Shown: positions 47,527 to 57,674, counted from the first letter of the stretch. The stretch is 64,000 bases of DNA from Candidatus Aminicenantales bacterium (GCA_049512315.1 JBEKXF010000008.1:1-64000), one strand, 5' to 3'. Translations and numbers: made by a program. The notes: generated from the letters alone by a model not told the origin.

Positions 47527-49416
47527 ATGATCATCGTCGACGACCTTTCGAAGAGCTTCGGGAAACAGGGGCTCTTCGAGTCCGTCAGCTTCAAGGTCAA
47601 CCGCCGCGAGCGGGTCGGTGTCGTCGGCCGGAACGGCCACGGCAAGACGACCCTCTTCCGGATGATTATCGGCCAGGAAGAGCCCGATGAGGGGACGATC
47701 TCCAAGCCCCGGAACTACAGGATCGGCTACGTCGAGCAACGCATCAGCTTCTCCGAGGATTCCGTCCGGGCTGAGGCCGCCGGGGCCCTCACCCCCGACG
47801 CCCACAACGAGCTCTGGCGCGTCGAGAAGGTCCTGGCAGGCCTGGGGTTCGAGCCCAATGACCTTGACAAACATCCCTCCGAGCTCTCCGGCGGCTTCCA
47901 GGTCCGCCTGAACCTGGCCAAGGTCCTCCTGGGCGATTTCCAGATGCTCCTCCTCGACGAGCCCAGCAACTATCTTGACATTACCTCCCTCCGCTGGCTC
48001 GAGCGCTTTCTCGTGGCCTGGCCCGGGGAGATCATGCTCATCACCCACGACCGGAGCTTCATGGACAACGTCGTGACCCACGTCCTGGGCATCCATCGCC
48101 GGAAAGTCCGGAAGATCCAGGGCGATACCGGCAAGTATTACGAGCAGATCGCGGCCGAAGAGGAGATCTACGAGAAGACCAGGGTCAACGACGAGCGGAA
48201 GCAGAAGGAGATGGACCTCTTCATCACCCGGTTCCGGGCCAAGGCCCGGCTGGGCGGGCTGGTCCAATCCCGCATCAAGTCCCTGGAGAAGATGGAGAAG
48301 AGGGAGAAGCTCCAATCGATCAAGACCCTCGATTTCGCGTTCATCGAAAAAAAGTCCTTCCACAAGTACGCCATGGACGTCCGCGACATCTCGTTTGCTT
48401 ACACGCCGGACCGGCCCCTCATCCGCCGCTTTTCGATCAGCATCGGAGCCAAGGACCGGGTCTTCGTCATCGGAAGGAACGGGCGGGGCAAGACGACGCT
48501 TCTCAAGCTCCTGGCCGGCGACCTCGAGCCCCGCTCCGGCGAGATCACTTCGCCCCAATCGGTCGCGCCCGGATATTTCGAGCAGACCCACATTTCGACG
48601 CTGCACGAGTCGAACACGGTCCTCGATGAGCTCGCCTCCGCCGACCCCGAGGGCGACCCCAAACGGTCGAGGACGATCGCCGGGGCGATGATGTTCGAGG
48701 GCGACGACGCCCTGAAGAAGATCGCCGTCCTCTCGGGAGGGGAAAAGAGCCGCGTCCTCCTGGGAAAGCTCATCGCGACGCCGCTCAACCTCCTCCTCCT
48801 CGACGAGCCGACCAACCACCTCGACATCGAGTCCAACGACGCCCTCCTCGCGGCCATCGACAATTTCGAGGGGGCGGTCGTCATGGTGACCCACAACGAG
48901 ATGTTCCTCCACGCCCTGGCCGAGCGGCTGGTCGTCTTCGACAACGACGACATCGTCGTCTATGAAGGCGGCTACCAGAGGTTCCTGGACAAGGTCGGCT
49001 GGAAGGACGAGGTCATGCAGCGGCCTGCCGGGAGCCTCCAGGCGTGGAACGGCGGGGACGGCCCGGGAAAAGCGAAGCTCGCGCCTAAGGAGCTCCGCCG
49101 CCTCCGGTCGGAGGTCATCACCGAGCGGTCGAAGGCCCTGCGGCCCCTTGAAACAAGGATGGCCGAGGTCGAAAAGGCGGTGGAGGAGAACGACGCGGCG
49201 CTTAAAAAGCTCAATAAGGAACTCGTCGAGGCCTCCCGGGCCCGGAACGGCGGGCGTGTCGTCGAGCTGTCGAGGTCCATGCACCAGGCCAAGAAAGCGA
49301 TCGACGGCTTCCTCGAAGAGCTCGAGAAGTTGACCTCAGACTACGGGACGAAGAAAGCCGGATTCGACGCCCGGCTCCGCGCTCTCGACGCCGAGGACGG
49401 CTCCGAGAACCCATAA
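47527..49416 (+). CDS. ABC-F family ATPase
   Basis: Two NBDs (GRNGHGKTT, GRNGRGKTT, LLLDEP twice), no TM, C-terminal coiled coil. Confidence 0.95.
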   Translation: MIIVDDLSKSFGKQGLFESVSFKVNRRERVGVVGRNGHGKTTLFRMIIGQEEPDEGTISKPRNYRIGYVEQRISFSEDSVRAEAAGALTPDAHNELWRVEKVLAGLGFEPNDLDKHPSELSGGFQVRLNLAKVLLGDFQMLLLDEPSNYLDITSLRWLERFLVAWPGEIMLITHDRSFMDNVVTHVLGIHRRKVRKIQGDTGKYYEQIAAEEEIYEKTRVNDERKQKEMDLFITRFRAKARLGGLVQSRIKSLEKMEKREKLQSIKTLDFAFIEKKSFHKYAMDVRDISFAYTPDRPLIRRFSISIGAKDRVFVIGRNGRGKTTLLKLLAGDLEPRSGEITSPQSVAPGYFEQTHISTLHESNTVLDELASADPEGDPKRSRTIAGAMMFEGDDALKKIAVLSGGEKSRVLLGKLIATPLNLLLLDEPTNHLDIESNDALLAAIDNFEGAVVMVTHNEMFLHALAERLVVFDNDDIVVYEGGYQRFLDKVGWKDEVMQRPAGSLQAWNGGDGPGKAKLAPKELRRLRSEVITERSKALRPLETRMAEVEKAVEENDAALKKLNKELVEASRARNGGRVVELSRSMHQAKKAIDGFLEELEKLTSDYGTKKAGFDARLRALDAEDGSENP

Positions 49417-49513
49417 GAAGGGGTTGAACCCGGCTCGTCACCAATAAAAGTGGCGTCGCTCGGCGGCTTTAAGGTATAATCAGCCCTAACGCCGAAAACC
49501 AAAAAGCGGCCAG

Positions 49514-50308
49514 ATGCGACACCCGATCTTCATTTTCCTGCTCCTCCTCTGCATGGTCGGACTCCCCTCATGCGGCGGCCGCTCCCAGAATGACGTGATC
49601 GTCGCCGGGTCGACGAGCATCCAGCCGTTCGCCGACAAGTGGGCCGAGGTCTTCATGGAGAAACGCTCGGACCTTGGCGTCAGCGTCCAGGGCGGCGGCT
49701 CGAGCGCCGGCATCCAGGCCTGCAAGAGCGGGGCCTGCCAGATCGGCATGTCCTCGCGCGAGCTCAAGGCCGACGAGAAGGACCTCCGCGAGATCGTCAT
49801 CGCGCGCGACGGGCTGGCCATCATTGTCCATCCGTCCAATCCCGTCCGCGGGGCGACGCTCGCCCAGGTCCAGCAGATCTTTTCCGGGGACCTCACGAAC
49901 TGGAAGTTCATCGGCGGCCCGGACAAGGAGATCACGGTCGTGACCCGCGAAGAGGGTTCGGGGACGCGGGGCGCTTTCCAGGAGCTCGTCATGGGCAAGA
50001 CCCGGATCTTCCGGGGCGCCATCACCGAGGATTCGAACGGCACGGTCCGCGAGATCGTCGCCAACGATCCCTATTCCATCGGCTTCATCTCGCTCGGGCT
50101 CGTCAATGACCAGGTCCGGGCGCTGGCCCTGGACGGGGTCGCGGGCAGCGAGGCCAGCATCCGGGCCGGACGGTACAAGCTCGTCCGCCCGTTCCTCTTC
50201 CTGACGAAGGGAGAGCCGACGGGGACCGCCAAGGAGTTCATTGATTTCGTCCTTTCGGAGGAGGGCCAGGCCCTGATCAAAAAAGAGGGGCTCATCCCGG
50301 CGAAATAG
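49514..50308 (+). CDS. pstS: Phosphate ABC transporter substrate-binding lipoprotein
   Basis: Lipobox LPSC; GSTS, GGGSSAG, REEGSGTR. Confidence 0.93.
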   Translation: MRHPIFIFLLLLCMVGLPSCGGRSQNDVIVAGSTSIQPFADKWAEVFMEKRSDLGVSVQGGGSSAGIQACKSGACQIGMSSRELKADEKDLREIVIARDGLAIIVHPSNPVRGATLAQVQQIFSGDLTNWKFIGGPDKEITVVTREEGSGTRGAFQELVMGKTRIFRGAITEDSNGTVREIVANDPYSIGFISLGLVNDQVRALALDGVAGSEASIRAGRYKLVRPFLFLTKGEPTGTAKEFIDFVLSEEGQALIKKEGLIPAK

Positions 50309-50342
50309 CGGCCGGCGCAGGGGAGAAAGGTAAGGGGAGAGG

Positions 50343-51209
50343 ATGAACAGGCTGGAGAGAAAAGACCGGCTCGTCCGGCTAACCCTCCTCGTCGTGGCCT
50401 TCTCCGCCGTCTCGATCCTGGCCGTCATCACCGTCTTCATGTTCGAGCAGGGCACGCCCGTCATGTTCAAGTACGGCCTGAAGAATTTCCTCGCCGGGTC
50501 GGACTGGTACCCCTCAGAAAAAAGCTTCGGCCTCTGGCCGATGATCGTCGGCTCGATCTACGTGACCTTCGGAGCGATGGTTATCGGCGTGCCTTTCGGC
50601 CTGGCCTGTGCCATCGTCCTGACCGAGTTCTCGTCCAAGCATGTCCGCCGGGTCATCAAGCCCATGATCGAGCTCCTGGCGGGAATCCCCTCGGTCGTTT
50701 ACGGGTTCATGGGCGTCGTCATCCTCGTCCCGTTCATCCGGCAGACCTTCGGGGGGCCGGGGCTCTCGGTCCTGGCCGCCTCGATCATCCTGGGGATCAT
50801 GATCCTCCCGACCATCATCAGCATTTCCGTGGATTCGATCCGGGCTATCTCCCCGGCCTATCGAGAAGGGTCGATCGCCCTCGGGGCCACAAAGTGGCAG
50901 ACGGTCCGGATGGTCGTCCTGCCGGCCGCGCGGTCAGGGATTATCGCCAGCATCATCTTGGGCATGGGGAGGGCCATCGGCGAAACCATGGCCGTCATTA
51001 TGATCGCGGGGAACGCCGTCAGCGTGCCCCGGTCGATCCTGTCCCCGGTCCGGACGCTGACCTCGAACATCGCCCTCGAGATGGGCTACGCCGCCGGCGA
51101 GCACCGCCAGGCCCTCTTCGCGACGGGGGTCATCCTCTTCATCATCATCATGGTCCTGAACACGGTCGCCAACGTGACCTCTTCCAGGAGAAATAGGGTT
51201 AAGGGATGA
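50343..51209 (+). CDS. pstC: Phosphate ABC permease
   Basis: ELLAGIPSVVYG, ALGATKWQT, GRAIGETMAV. Confidence 0.95.
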   Translation: MNRLERKDRLVRLTLLVVAFSAVSILAVITVFMFEQGTPVMFKYGLKNFLAGSDWYPSEKSFGLWPMIVGSIYVTFGAMVIGVPFGLACAIVLTEFSSKHVRRVIKPMIELLAGIPSVVYGFMGVVILVPFIRQTFGGPGLSVLAASIILGIMILPTIISISVDSIRAISPAYREGSIALGATKWQTVRMVVLPAARSGIIASIILGMGRAIGETMAVIMIAGNAVSVPRSILSPVRTLTSNIALEMGYAAGEHRQALFATGVILFIIIMVLNTVANVTSSRRNRVKG

Positions 51210-52042
51210 GCCTCGACCCCCGTCTTTCCCAGCGGATCGCCAAGACCCTTCTCTGGGCCATGACCGTCCTCACGGTCGCCGTCCTCGTCTTCATCATCTT
51301 TTTCATCCTGAGAAAGGGCTTGCCCGCCCTCAGCCTCGAATTCTTGACGAAGAACCCCGTCGACATGGGGAAGGGCGGAGGCATCTTTTCCACGGTCATC
51401 GGAACGATCGTGCTGACGGCCCTGGCGATCCTCATCGCGACGCCCCTCGGCGTGGGCACGGCCATCTACCTGACCGAGTACACGTGGGAAAACGCCGTGA
51501 CCCGGGTCATCCGCTTCGGGGCCGAATGCCTGGCCGGCATCCCGTCGATCATCTTCGGGCTCTTCGGCTTCATCCTTTTTGTAACCAAACTCGGGTTCGG
51601 CTGGTCGATTCTCAGCGGCGGTTTGACCCTGGCCTTCATGATCCTCCCGACCATCATCCGGACGAGCGAGGAGGCCATCAAGAGCGTGCCCGCCGCCTAC
51701 CGGCAAGTCAGCTTCTCCCTGGGCGGCACCAAGTGGCAGACCGTGACCAGGGTGGTCCTGCCATCGGCGCTGCCGGGGATCGTGACCGGGATCATCCTCA
51801 GCGTGGGACGGAGCATCGGAGAAACGGCGGCGGTGATCTTCACGGCCGGGAGCGCACTCCGGCTCCCGACGTCGCTCTTCTCCTCGACGCGGACGATGGC
51901 CGTCCATTTCTACATCCTGGCCAGGGAGGGGATCTCCATGTCCCGTGCTTACGGGACCGCCGCCGTGCTTATCATCGCCATCATGGCCGTCAACATCGCG
52001 ACCTATTGCCTGATGAACAAATTCATCAAGAAATATTCGTGA
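51206..52042 (+). CDS. pstA: Phosphate ABC permease
   Basis: AIYLTEY, LAGIPSIIFGLFG, GRSIGETAA. Confidence 0.95.
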   Translation: MSLDPRLSQRIAKTLLWAMTVLTVAVLVFIIFFILRKGLPALSLEFLTKNPVDMGKGGGIFSTVIGTIVLTALAILIATPLGVGTAIYLTEYTWENAVTRVIRFGAECLAGIPSIIFGLFGFILFVTKLGFGWSILSGGLTLAFMILPTIIRTSEEAIKSVPAAYRQVSFSLGGTKWQTVTRVVLPSALPGIVTGIILSVGRSIGETAAVIFTAGSALRLPTSLFSSTRTMAVHFYILAREGISMSRAYGTAAVLIIAIMAVNIATYCLMNKFIKKYS

Positions 52043-52056
52043 GCGGAGAAAGAGGA

Positions 52057-52821
52057 ATGCCCACTGACCCCGTCGCCATCCGGGTCATCCGGTTCAGCCA
52101 GTTCTACGGCGACGAGCAGACGCTCATCAACCTGGACCTGGACGTCTTCCGGAACGAGATCCTGGGCGTCATCGGTCCGGCCCGGAGCGGCAAGTCGACC
52201 TTCCTCTGCGCCCTCAACCGGCTCAACGACCTCGTCCGCGGGTCGCGGGTCGAGGGGAGGATCGAGATCGACGGCCGGAACATCTACGACCCCGACGTGG
52301 ACGTCGTTGAGCTCCGCCGGAAGCTCGGGACGGTCTTCGCGACGCCCATCCCCCTGCCGCGGTCGATCTTCGAGAACACCGCCTTCGGGCCGCGCATGGC
52401 CGGGGTCCGGGACGAGGTCGAGCTCGACGAGATCGTCCGCGACAGCCTGGAGAAGGGAGGGCTGTATGAGGAGGTCAAGGACCGCCTCGACACGAGCGCC
52501 CTCAAGCTCTCCGGCGGCCAGCAGCAGCGGCTCTGCCTGGCCCGGATCCTGGCCCTCAAACCCGAGTTCATCCTCCTCGACGAGCCGACCTCGGGGCTCG
52601 ACCCCATCTCGACCATGAAGATCGAGGACTCGCTCCGCAAGCTTAAGAAGGAATATACGATCGTCCTTGTGACCAATAACACCAAGCAGGCGGCCCGGGT
52701 CGCCGACCGGACAGCCTTCTTCCTCAACGGGGAGCTCATCGAGGTCGGGCCCACAGTCCGCATCTTCACGGCGCCAGCCGACAAGCGGACCGACGATTAC
52801 CTCCGGGGACGGTTCGGATAG
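52057..52821 (+). CDS. pstB: Phosphate ABC ATPase, degenerate copy
   Basis: GPARSGKST, LSGGQQQRLC, LLDEP, YLRGRFG; Q-loop VFAT and H-switch VTNN are altered. Confidence 0.9.
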   Translation: MPTDPVAIRVIRFSQFYGDEQTLINLDLDVFRNEILGVIGPARSGKSTFLCALNRLNDLVRGSRVEGRIEIDGRNIYDPDVDVVELRRKLGTVFATPIPLPRSIFENTAFGPRMAGVRDEVELDEIVRDSLEKGGLYEEVKDRLDTSALKLSGGQQQRLCLARILALKPEFILLDEPTSGLDPISTMKIEDSLRKLKKEYTIVLVTNNTKQAARVADRTAFFLNGELIEVGPTVRIFTAPADKRTDDYLRGRFG

Positions 52822-52827
52822 GACCCC

Positions 52828-53580
52828 ATGAGCATCATCGAAGTCCGCGACCTTTCCCTTTTCTACGGGGATTTCCAGGCCCTGAAGGACGTCGGCCTCG
52901 GCATCGTGCAAAACAAGATCACCGCCCTCATCGGCCCCTCTGGCTGCGGCAAGTCGACCTTCCTCCGGTGCCTGAACCGGATGAACGACGTCATCGACGA
53001 CGTCCGGATCTCGGGCACGGTCCTCATCGACGGGAAGGACATCTATCAGCCGGGGACCGACCTCCTCGAGCTCCGGAAGAAGGTCGGCATGGTCTTCCAG
53101 CGTCCCAACCCGTTCCCCCTGAGCGTCTACGGCAATGTCGTCTACGGACTGCGCGTCCACGGCGTCAGGGACGGGAAGATCATCGAAGAGCGGCTCGTCC
53201 GGAGCCTGGAATCCGTCCATCTCTGGGAGGAAGTCAAGGACCGGCTCGAGGCGAACGCCCTTGGTCTCTCCGGGGAACAACAGCAGCGCCTCTGCATCGC
53301 GCGCCTGGTGGCCGTGGAGCCGGAAATCGTGCTCATGGACGAGCCCTGCTCGGCCCTTGACCCGTCGGCCACGGCCAGGATCGAGGACCTGATGTACGAG
53401 CTCAAGAAGCGGTACACGATCGTCATCGTCACCCACAACATGCAACAGGCGGCCCGCGTCTCGGACCACACCGGCTATTTTCTTCTGGGCGAGCTCATCG
53501 AGTTCGGCCAGACGGACCAGGTCTTCACCAACCCCCGAGACTCGCGAACCGAGGATTACATCACCGGCCGGTTCGGATGA
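52828..53580 (+). CDS. pstB: Phosphate ABC ATPase
   Basis: [42 protein letters not shown]. Confidence 0.95.
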   Translation: MSIIEVRDLSLFYGDFQALKDVGLGIVQNKITALIGPSGCGKSTFLRCLNRMNDVIDDVRISGTVLIDGKDIYQPGTDLLELRKKVGMVFQRPNPFPLSVYGNVVYGLRVHGVRDGKIIEERLVRSLESVHLWEEVKDRLEANALGLSGEQQQRLCIARLVAVEPEIVLMDEPCSALDPSATARIEDLMYELKKRYTIVIVTHNMQQAARVSDHTGYFLLGELIEFGQTDQVFTNPRDSRTEDYITGRFG

Positions 53581-53715
53581 GCCCGAGGCCGTCCGGAGCG
53601 CGGGGAGGGTGTGCCGGCCCTTCCCCGAAAAGAGTATAATAGGGCCGATCCGGACGTCGTGTCGGATGGGACAGGGACCCAGGGGGCGGACCCGCGTTCC
53701 TGTCGAGGAGGACAG

Positions 53716-54516
53716 ATGGAGAAAAAAGCCGTTCAGGTCCTGGCCGTCTTGACCTTCGCGGCGCTCGCGGCATCCTGCATGATGGTCATGGACCCCGAAC
53801 AGGCCCCGGCTTGGCAGTCGGCAGCCGAGTTCCGGAAGACGATAGATTTCCAGGCCGGCGGGACGGTCACCGTGGAGCACACGCTTGGCAACGTCGAGAT
53901 CACGGGCTGGGACAACAACTCCGTAGAAGTGGTCGCCACGGGAAGGGCAGGGGAACCTGGAAGCGGCCGCCGGATCCGGGTCTACAGCACGGAGGACGTC
54001 GAACCCTCCGTCGACATCAGGCAGGACGGCGGCGTGCTCAGGATCAGGACGCGCTCCCTCGGCGGGCCGTGGGCTTCCGGGGGCCTGGATTATTCCATCA
54101 GGGTCCCGAGCTCGGTCAGCTTGAAGGGGATCACCCTCGACAAGGGTGACGTGACGGTTTCGGACATCTTCGGCCGGGTCGAGGCCGCGATCTCCAAGGG
54201 CAAGCTGACCGTCAAGAATTTCTCCGGCGCCGTCAAGGCCTCCATCGAAACGGGGCAGGCGGACGTCGAGCTTTTGGATGTCCGCGAAGGTGACGCCGTC
54301 GAGATCACGGTGCAGGAGGGGGACATCTTTCTCCGCCTGGAAGCCGGGACGAGCGCCAGGGTCGAAGCCGAAGCCCCCGGTGGCGAGATCACCAGCGACT
54401 ACGACCTGGGCCTGAAGCTGCCGGCCCGGACCCTCACCGGCCAGCTGGGCACCGGCGGCGCCAGGATCAAGCTCAATGCCCTTCGAGGGAATATCAAGAT
54501 CCTGAAAGCCGACTGA
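53716..54516 (+). CDS. DUF4097-like beta-strand repeat lipoprotein
   Basis: GAGGAGG RBS, lipobox LAASC, repeated GxI/V strands, typical G.G...I.L....G.I.I tail. Confidence 0.8.
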   Translation: MEKKAVQVLAVLTFAALAASCMMVMDPEQAPAWQSAAEFRKTIDFQAGGTVTVEHTLGNVEITGWDNNSVEVVATGRAGEPGSGRRIRVYSTEDVEPSVDIRQDGGVLRIRTRSLGGPWASGGLDYSIRVPSSVSLKGITLDKGDVTVSDIFGRVEAAISKGKLTVKNFSGAVKASIETGQADVELLDVREGDAVEITVQEGDIFLRLEAGTSARVEAEAPGGEITSDYDLGLKLPARTLTGQLGTGGARIKLNALRGNIKILKAD

Positions 54517-54553
54517 GTCGGGCGGATCGCCACGCCCGGCATTCCCACCCTGC

Positions 54554-55558
54554 TCATTTCCAGCGGAAGGGATCTTTTTTCCGGAAATCAGGCACGAGGT
54601 GCTCGTCCGGCCCAAAAGGCTCGGGCTGGAGGAAGAGGCGCTCGAAGCCGAGCCTGACGGCCAGGTCGGCGACCGGCCTGTACTCTTCGGCTGCCAGGGG
54701 CCGTTGGATCTCGCCGGGTGCTTGGAAGCACGGATGGTACTGGCTCATCAGGCTCAGGCCGATCAAAGGGGACAGATTTTCCCGGATCCATTCGAGGACC
54801 GCCATCGAATCCGCGGCGCAACCGGGAAGGACAAGATGGCGGACGATGAGCCCGCGGCGGGCGGCCTCCCCGGGCCCGAGTGTAAGGACGGGCTGCTGGA
54901 CCGACATCTCCCGGAGCGCCGCGGACGCGTGCTCGAAATAATCGGCCGCGCCGGAGTACTTTTTCGATATTTCGGGCGATCGGTATTTCAGGTCGGGGAG
55001 ATAGATATCGACGATCCCTTCCAAGGCTTGGACGACCTCCAGGCTGTCGTATCCGTTGGAATTCCAGACGAGCGGGATCCTGAGCCCTTCACCGCAGGCG
55101 ATCTTGAGGGCCCGGAGGACCGGAAGGACGACGTGCGTCGGCGAGACCAGGTTGATGTTCAGGGCCCCCTTTGTCTGGAGGCCGAGCATCATTCCCGCGA
55201 GCTCCTCGTCCGTGACCGGTTCGCCTTCAAGGAGCCAGCTGAGCTGATAGTTCTGGCAGAAGAGGCATTTCAGGTTGCAACCCGTGAAGAAGATCGTCCC
55301 CGAGCCGGACCTGCCGCCGGCTCCCGAGGGTTCCCGGCCTGCGGTGCGAGCCGTGGTGCCACTGAGGGCCGGCTCCTCGCCGAAATGAAGCAGCGCATGG
55401 GAAACGGCGGCCCGGCTCCCGGTCTGACAGACTCCCTTTTCGCCCCGGGTCCGGTCCGCCCGGCAGTTCCTCGGGCAGAGCGTGCAGCATTTCTCGAACG
55501 GGGCGAGCTTGTCCAACGCCTTTTCGATCAGCCGGGTCTTGCTTCTTGGGTCGATCAT
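54554..55558 (-). CDS. Radical SAM protein (PflX-like)
   Basis: CTLCPRNC, HFGEEP, GSGTIFFTGCNLKCLFCQN, RHLVLPG. Confidence 0.92.
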   Translation of the reverse strand: MIDPRSKTRLIEKALDKLAPFEKCCTLCPRNCRADRTRGEKGVCQTGSRAAVSHALLHFGEEPALSGTTARTAGREPSGAGGRSGSGTIFFTGCNLKCLFCQNYQLSWLLEGEPVTDEELAGMMLGLQTKGALNINLVSPTHVVLPVLRALKIACGEGLRIPLVWNSNGYDSLEVVQALEGIVDIYLPDLKYRSPEISKKYSGAADYFEHASAALREMSVQQPVLTLGPGEAARRGLIVRHLVLPGCAADSMAVLEWIRENLSPLIGLSLMSQYHPCFQAPGEIQRPLAAEEYRPVADLAVRLGFERLFLQPEPFGPDEHLVPDFRKKDPFRWK

Positions 55559-55606
55559 CAAACGTTTCCTCTTCGGGGTCCTATTGTAGCAAAAAAAAGC
55601 TGAGGG

Positions 55607-55817
55607 GTGGCATGGTGCCAGTCCCCGCCCGCCCGAGGCGGAAGGGGATTGCGCGAGAGCGCTGGGGGTTCCAAGGGGCGGCTTCCCCCTGGTCGGAGTA
55701 CTCGGCTGAAGCAGCCGAGTGCGGAGAGGGGAGGTTCAGGAGGGGGCGTTTTCCCCTCTGCCCTCGGGGGGATGGGTGGAGCCGAGGCTGGACGGGGACG
55801 CACTATGTCAGGACCCG
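55607..55817 (+). repeat. Structured repeat family C, long (filled) form
   Basis: Both ends match the reverse complement of 60503-60564; interior contains four hairpins. Confidence 0.75.
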
Positions 55818-55932
55818 TCAGTCCTTGAAGTCTGGTACGGTTGATTCAGCGGGCGGCCGTGTGTATATTAGAAGCTCTTTGCAGGGACCGGGAGTCCGCG
55901 GGTCCCCTCGAACCTGACGACCGGAGCTGACA

Positions 55933-56607
55933 TTGTTCGCCAAAATCATCGACATCGCCCTTCACCTGGACCGGTACCTCAGCGCCATCATCCAGCAATA
56001 CGGCCTCTGGACCTACGGCATCCTCTTCGTCGTCATCTTCATTGAGACGGGCTTGGTGGTCACGCCTTTTCTTCCGGGTGACTCCCTTCTTTTCGCCGCG
56101 GGGACCTTCGCGGCTCTCAAGGCCCTGAACATCGGCTGGCTGATCGCGCTCCTGGCCGCGGCCGCGATCATCGGGGACACGGTCAACTACTGGGTCGGGC
56201 AGGCCCTTGGTCCCAAGATCTTCCACAAGGAAGGATCGCGCGTTTTCAAGAAGGAATACCTCGACCGGACCCACGCCTTCTTCGAAAAATACGGCGGCAA
56301 GACGATCATCATCGCCCGGTTCGTCCCGATCGTCCGCTCTTTCGCCCCGCTGGTCGCGGGCATGGGCCGGATGTCCTACGGCAGGTTCATCGCGTTCAAC
56401 ATCGTCGGAGGGGTCGGCTGGGTCGTCCTCCTGACCGGGGCGGGCTACTTCTTCGGCAATATCCCCGTCGTCAGGAAGAATTTCTCCCTGGTTGTCCTGG
56501 CCATCATCATCATCTCGACCATCCCCGCCGTGACCGAAGCCGTCCGTCACCGTCGGGAAAAGTCTGCCGCCCCGCCCGGGCCGGAACCCAAATCCAATAT
56601 GGACTAG
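55933..56607 (+). CDS. dedA: DedA-family membrane protein
   Basis: FIETGLVVTPFLPGDSLLF, GDTVNY, ARFVPIVR. Confidence 0.95.
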   Translation: MFAKIIDIALHLDRYLSAIIQQYGLWTYGILFVVIFIETGLVVTPFLPGDSLLFAAGTFAALKALNIGWLIALLAAAAIIGDTVNYWVGQALGPKIFHKEGSRVFKKEYLDRTHAFFEKYGGKTIIIARFVPIVRSFAPLVAGMGRMSYGRFIAFNIVGGVGWVVLLTGAGYFFGNIPVVRKNFSLVVLAIIIISTIPAVTEAVRHRREKSAAPPGPEPKSNMD

Positions 56608-56709
56608 GCAGCGCTGAGGCCGCCCTCATCCCCCGGTCCCCGGGATCCAGTCCCGTCGGTTCCCCCGCCAGCTTGGAGGCGTATCCGCGGAATCAGGACC
56701 TAAGATTTG

Positions 56710-56791
56710 TTTCAGATATTTATCAGAAGTGCGGCTCCGAGCCACTCCGCCGCACTTCTGCTGGTCGCTCCTCAGAATCCGCTCCCTGCCG
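56710..56791 (+). repeat. Structured dispersed repeat family A, copy 2
   Basis: Perfect 12-bp stem CAGAAGTGCGGC/GCCGCACTTCTG at 56724-56760; aligns with 3534-3618. Confidence 0.8.
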
Positions 56792-56860
56792 GCCCCCCTC
56801 CGCGACGGGGGCTTTCGGACGGCTATCGTCGCCGCCCGGAGGTCGATTTCACTTGGGTTA

Positions 56861-57670
56861 TTACCCGATATTAAGGCCGGCAAGTGTCTTGGCCAGGCGT
56901 CGGAGCTTCGGCGAGGCCAGGGAGTGGTGGGCGGTCATGTCGGTGTGCAGGGGGGTCAGCGAGATATATCCCTCGTGGGCGGCGATGACGTCCATGCCCT
57001 TGTCGCCGACCCTCCTGGGAGTCCCGGTCCCGATCCAGAAGTAGGACGAGTCCCGGGGGTCTTTCTTCTCGATGATCTCGGGATCGTAGAATTTCCACCC
57101 GAGCCGGGTGATCTTGACGCCTTTGAGCGGAGGGGGCGGGACGTTGACGTTCAGGGTGACGCCCGCGGGAAGACCCGCCGCCAAGATCGTCTCGGCGATG
57201 CGCCGGACGACGTCCGCGGCGAGGGAGATCGCGAAACGGCCGCGGGCGTCCGGGAGCATGGAAACAGCCACGGACGGAACACCGAGGAAAGTCCCCTGGA
57301 GCGCTCCGGCGACCGTCCCAGAGTAGTTGATGTCCTGCTGGCCGAGGTTCGGCCCGGGATTGATCCCCGAAATGATCAGGTCGGGCCGGCGGGGGAGGAG
57401 CTTCTGGAGGGCGAAGTAAATGCAGTCCCCCGGCGTTCCCTCGACGGCCCAGATCCGGGGCTTGATGTGGTGGATGCGGAGGGGCTGGCGGAGGGTGATG
57501 GACAGTGACGAAGCGCTTTTTTCCCGGTCCGGCGCGACGATATAGGTCATCCCGATCGTCCGGAGCCGGCGATAAAGGACCTGGATCGTCTCCCGGAAAA
57601 AGCCGTCGTCGTTGGTCAGGAGGATGAGGGGCTTTTCGCCCGGGCCGCGTTTCGCTGTTGCGCTCGTCAA
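56861..57670 (-). CDS. surE: 5'/3'-nucleotidase SurE
   Basis: ILLTNDDG, VAPD, GTPGDC, SGINPGPNLG, YSGTV, SLTPL. Confidence 0.95.
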   Translation of the reverse strand: MTSATAKRGPGEKPLILLTNDDGFFRETIQVLYRRLRTIGMTYIVAPDREKSASSLSITLRQPLRIHHIKPRIWAVEGTPGDCIYFALQKLLPRRPDLIISGINPGPNLGQQDINYSGTVAGALQGTFLGVPSVAVSMLPDARGRFAISLAADVVRRIAETILAAGLPAGVTLNVNVPPPPLKGVKITRLGWKFYDPEIIEKKDPRDSSYFWIGTGTPRRVGDKGMDVIAAHEGYISLTPLHTDMTAHHSLASPKLRRLAKTLAGLNIG

Positions 57671-57674
57671 CGGC

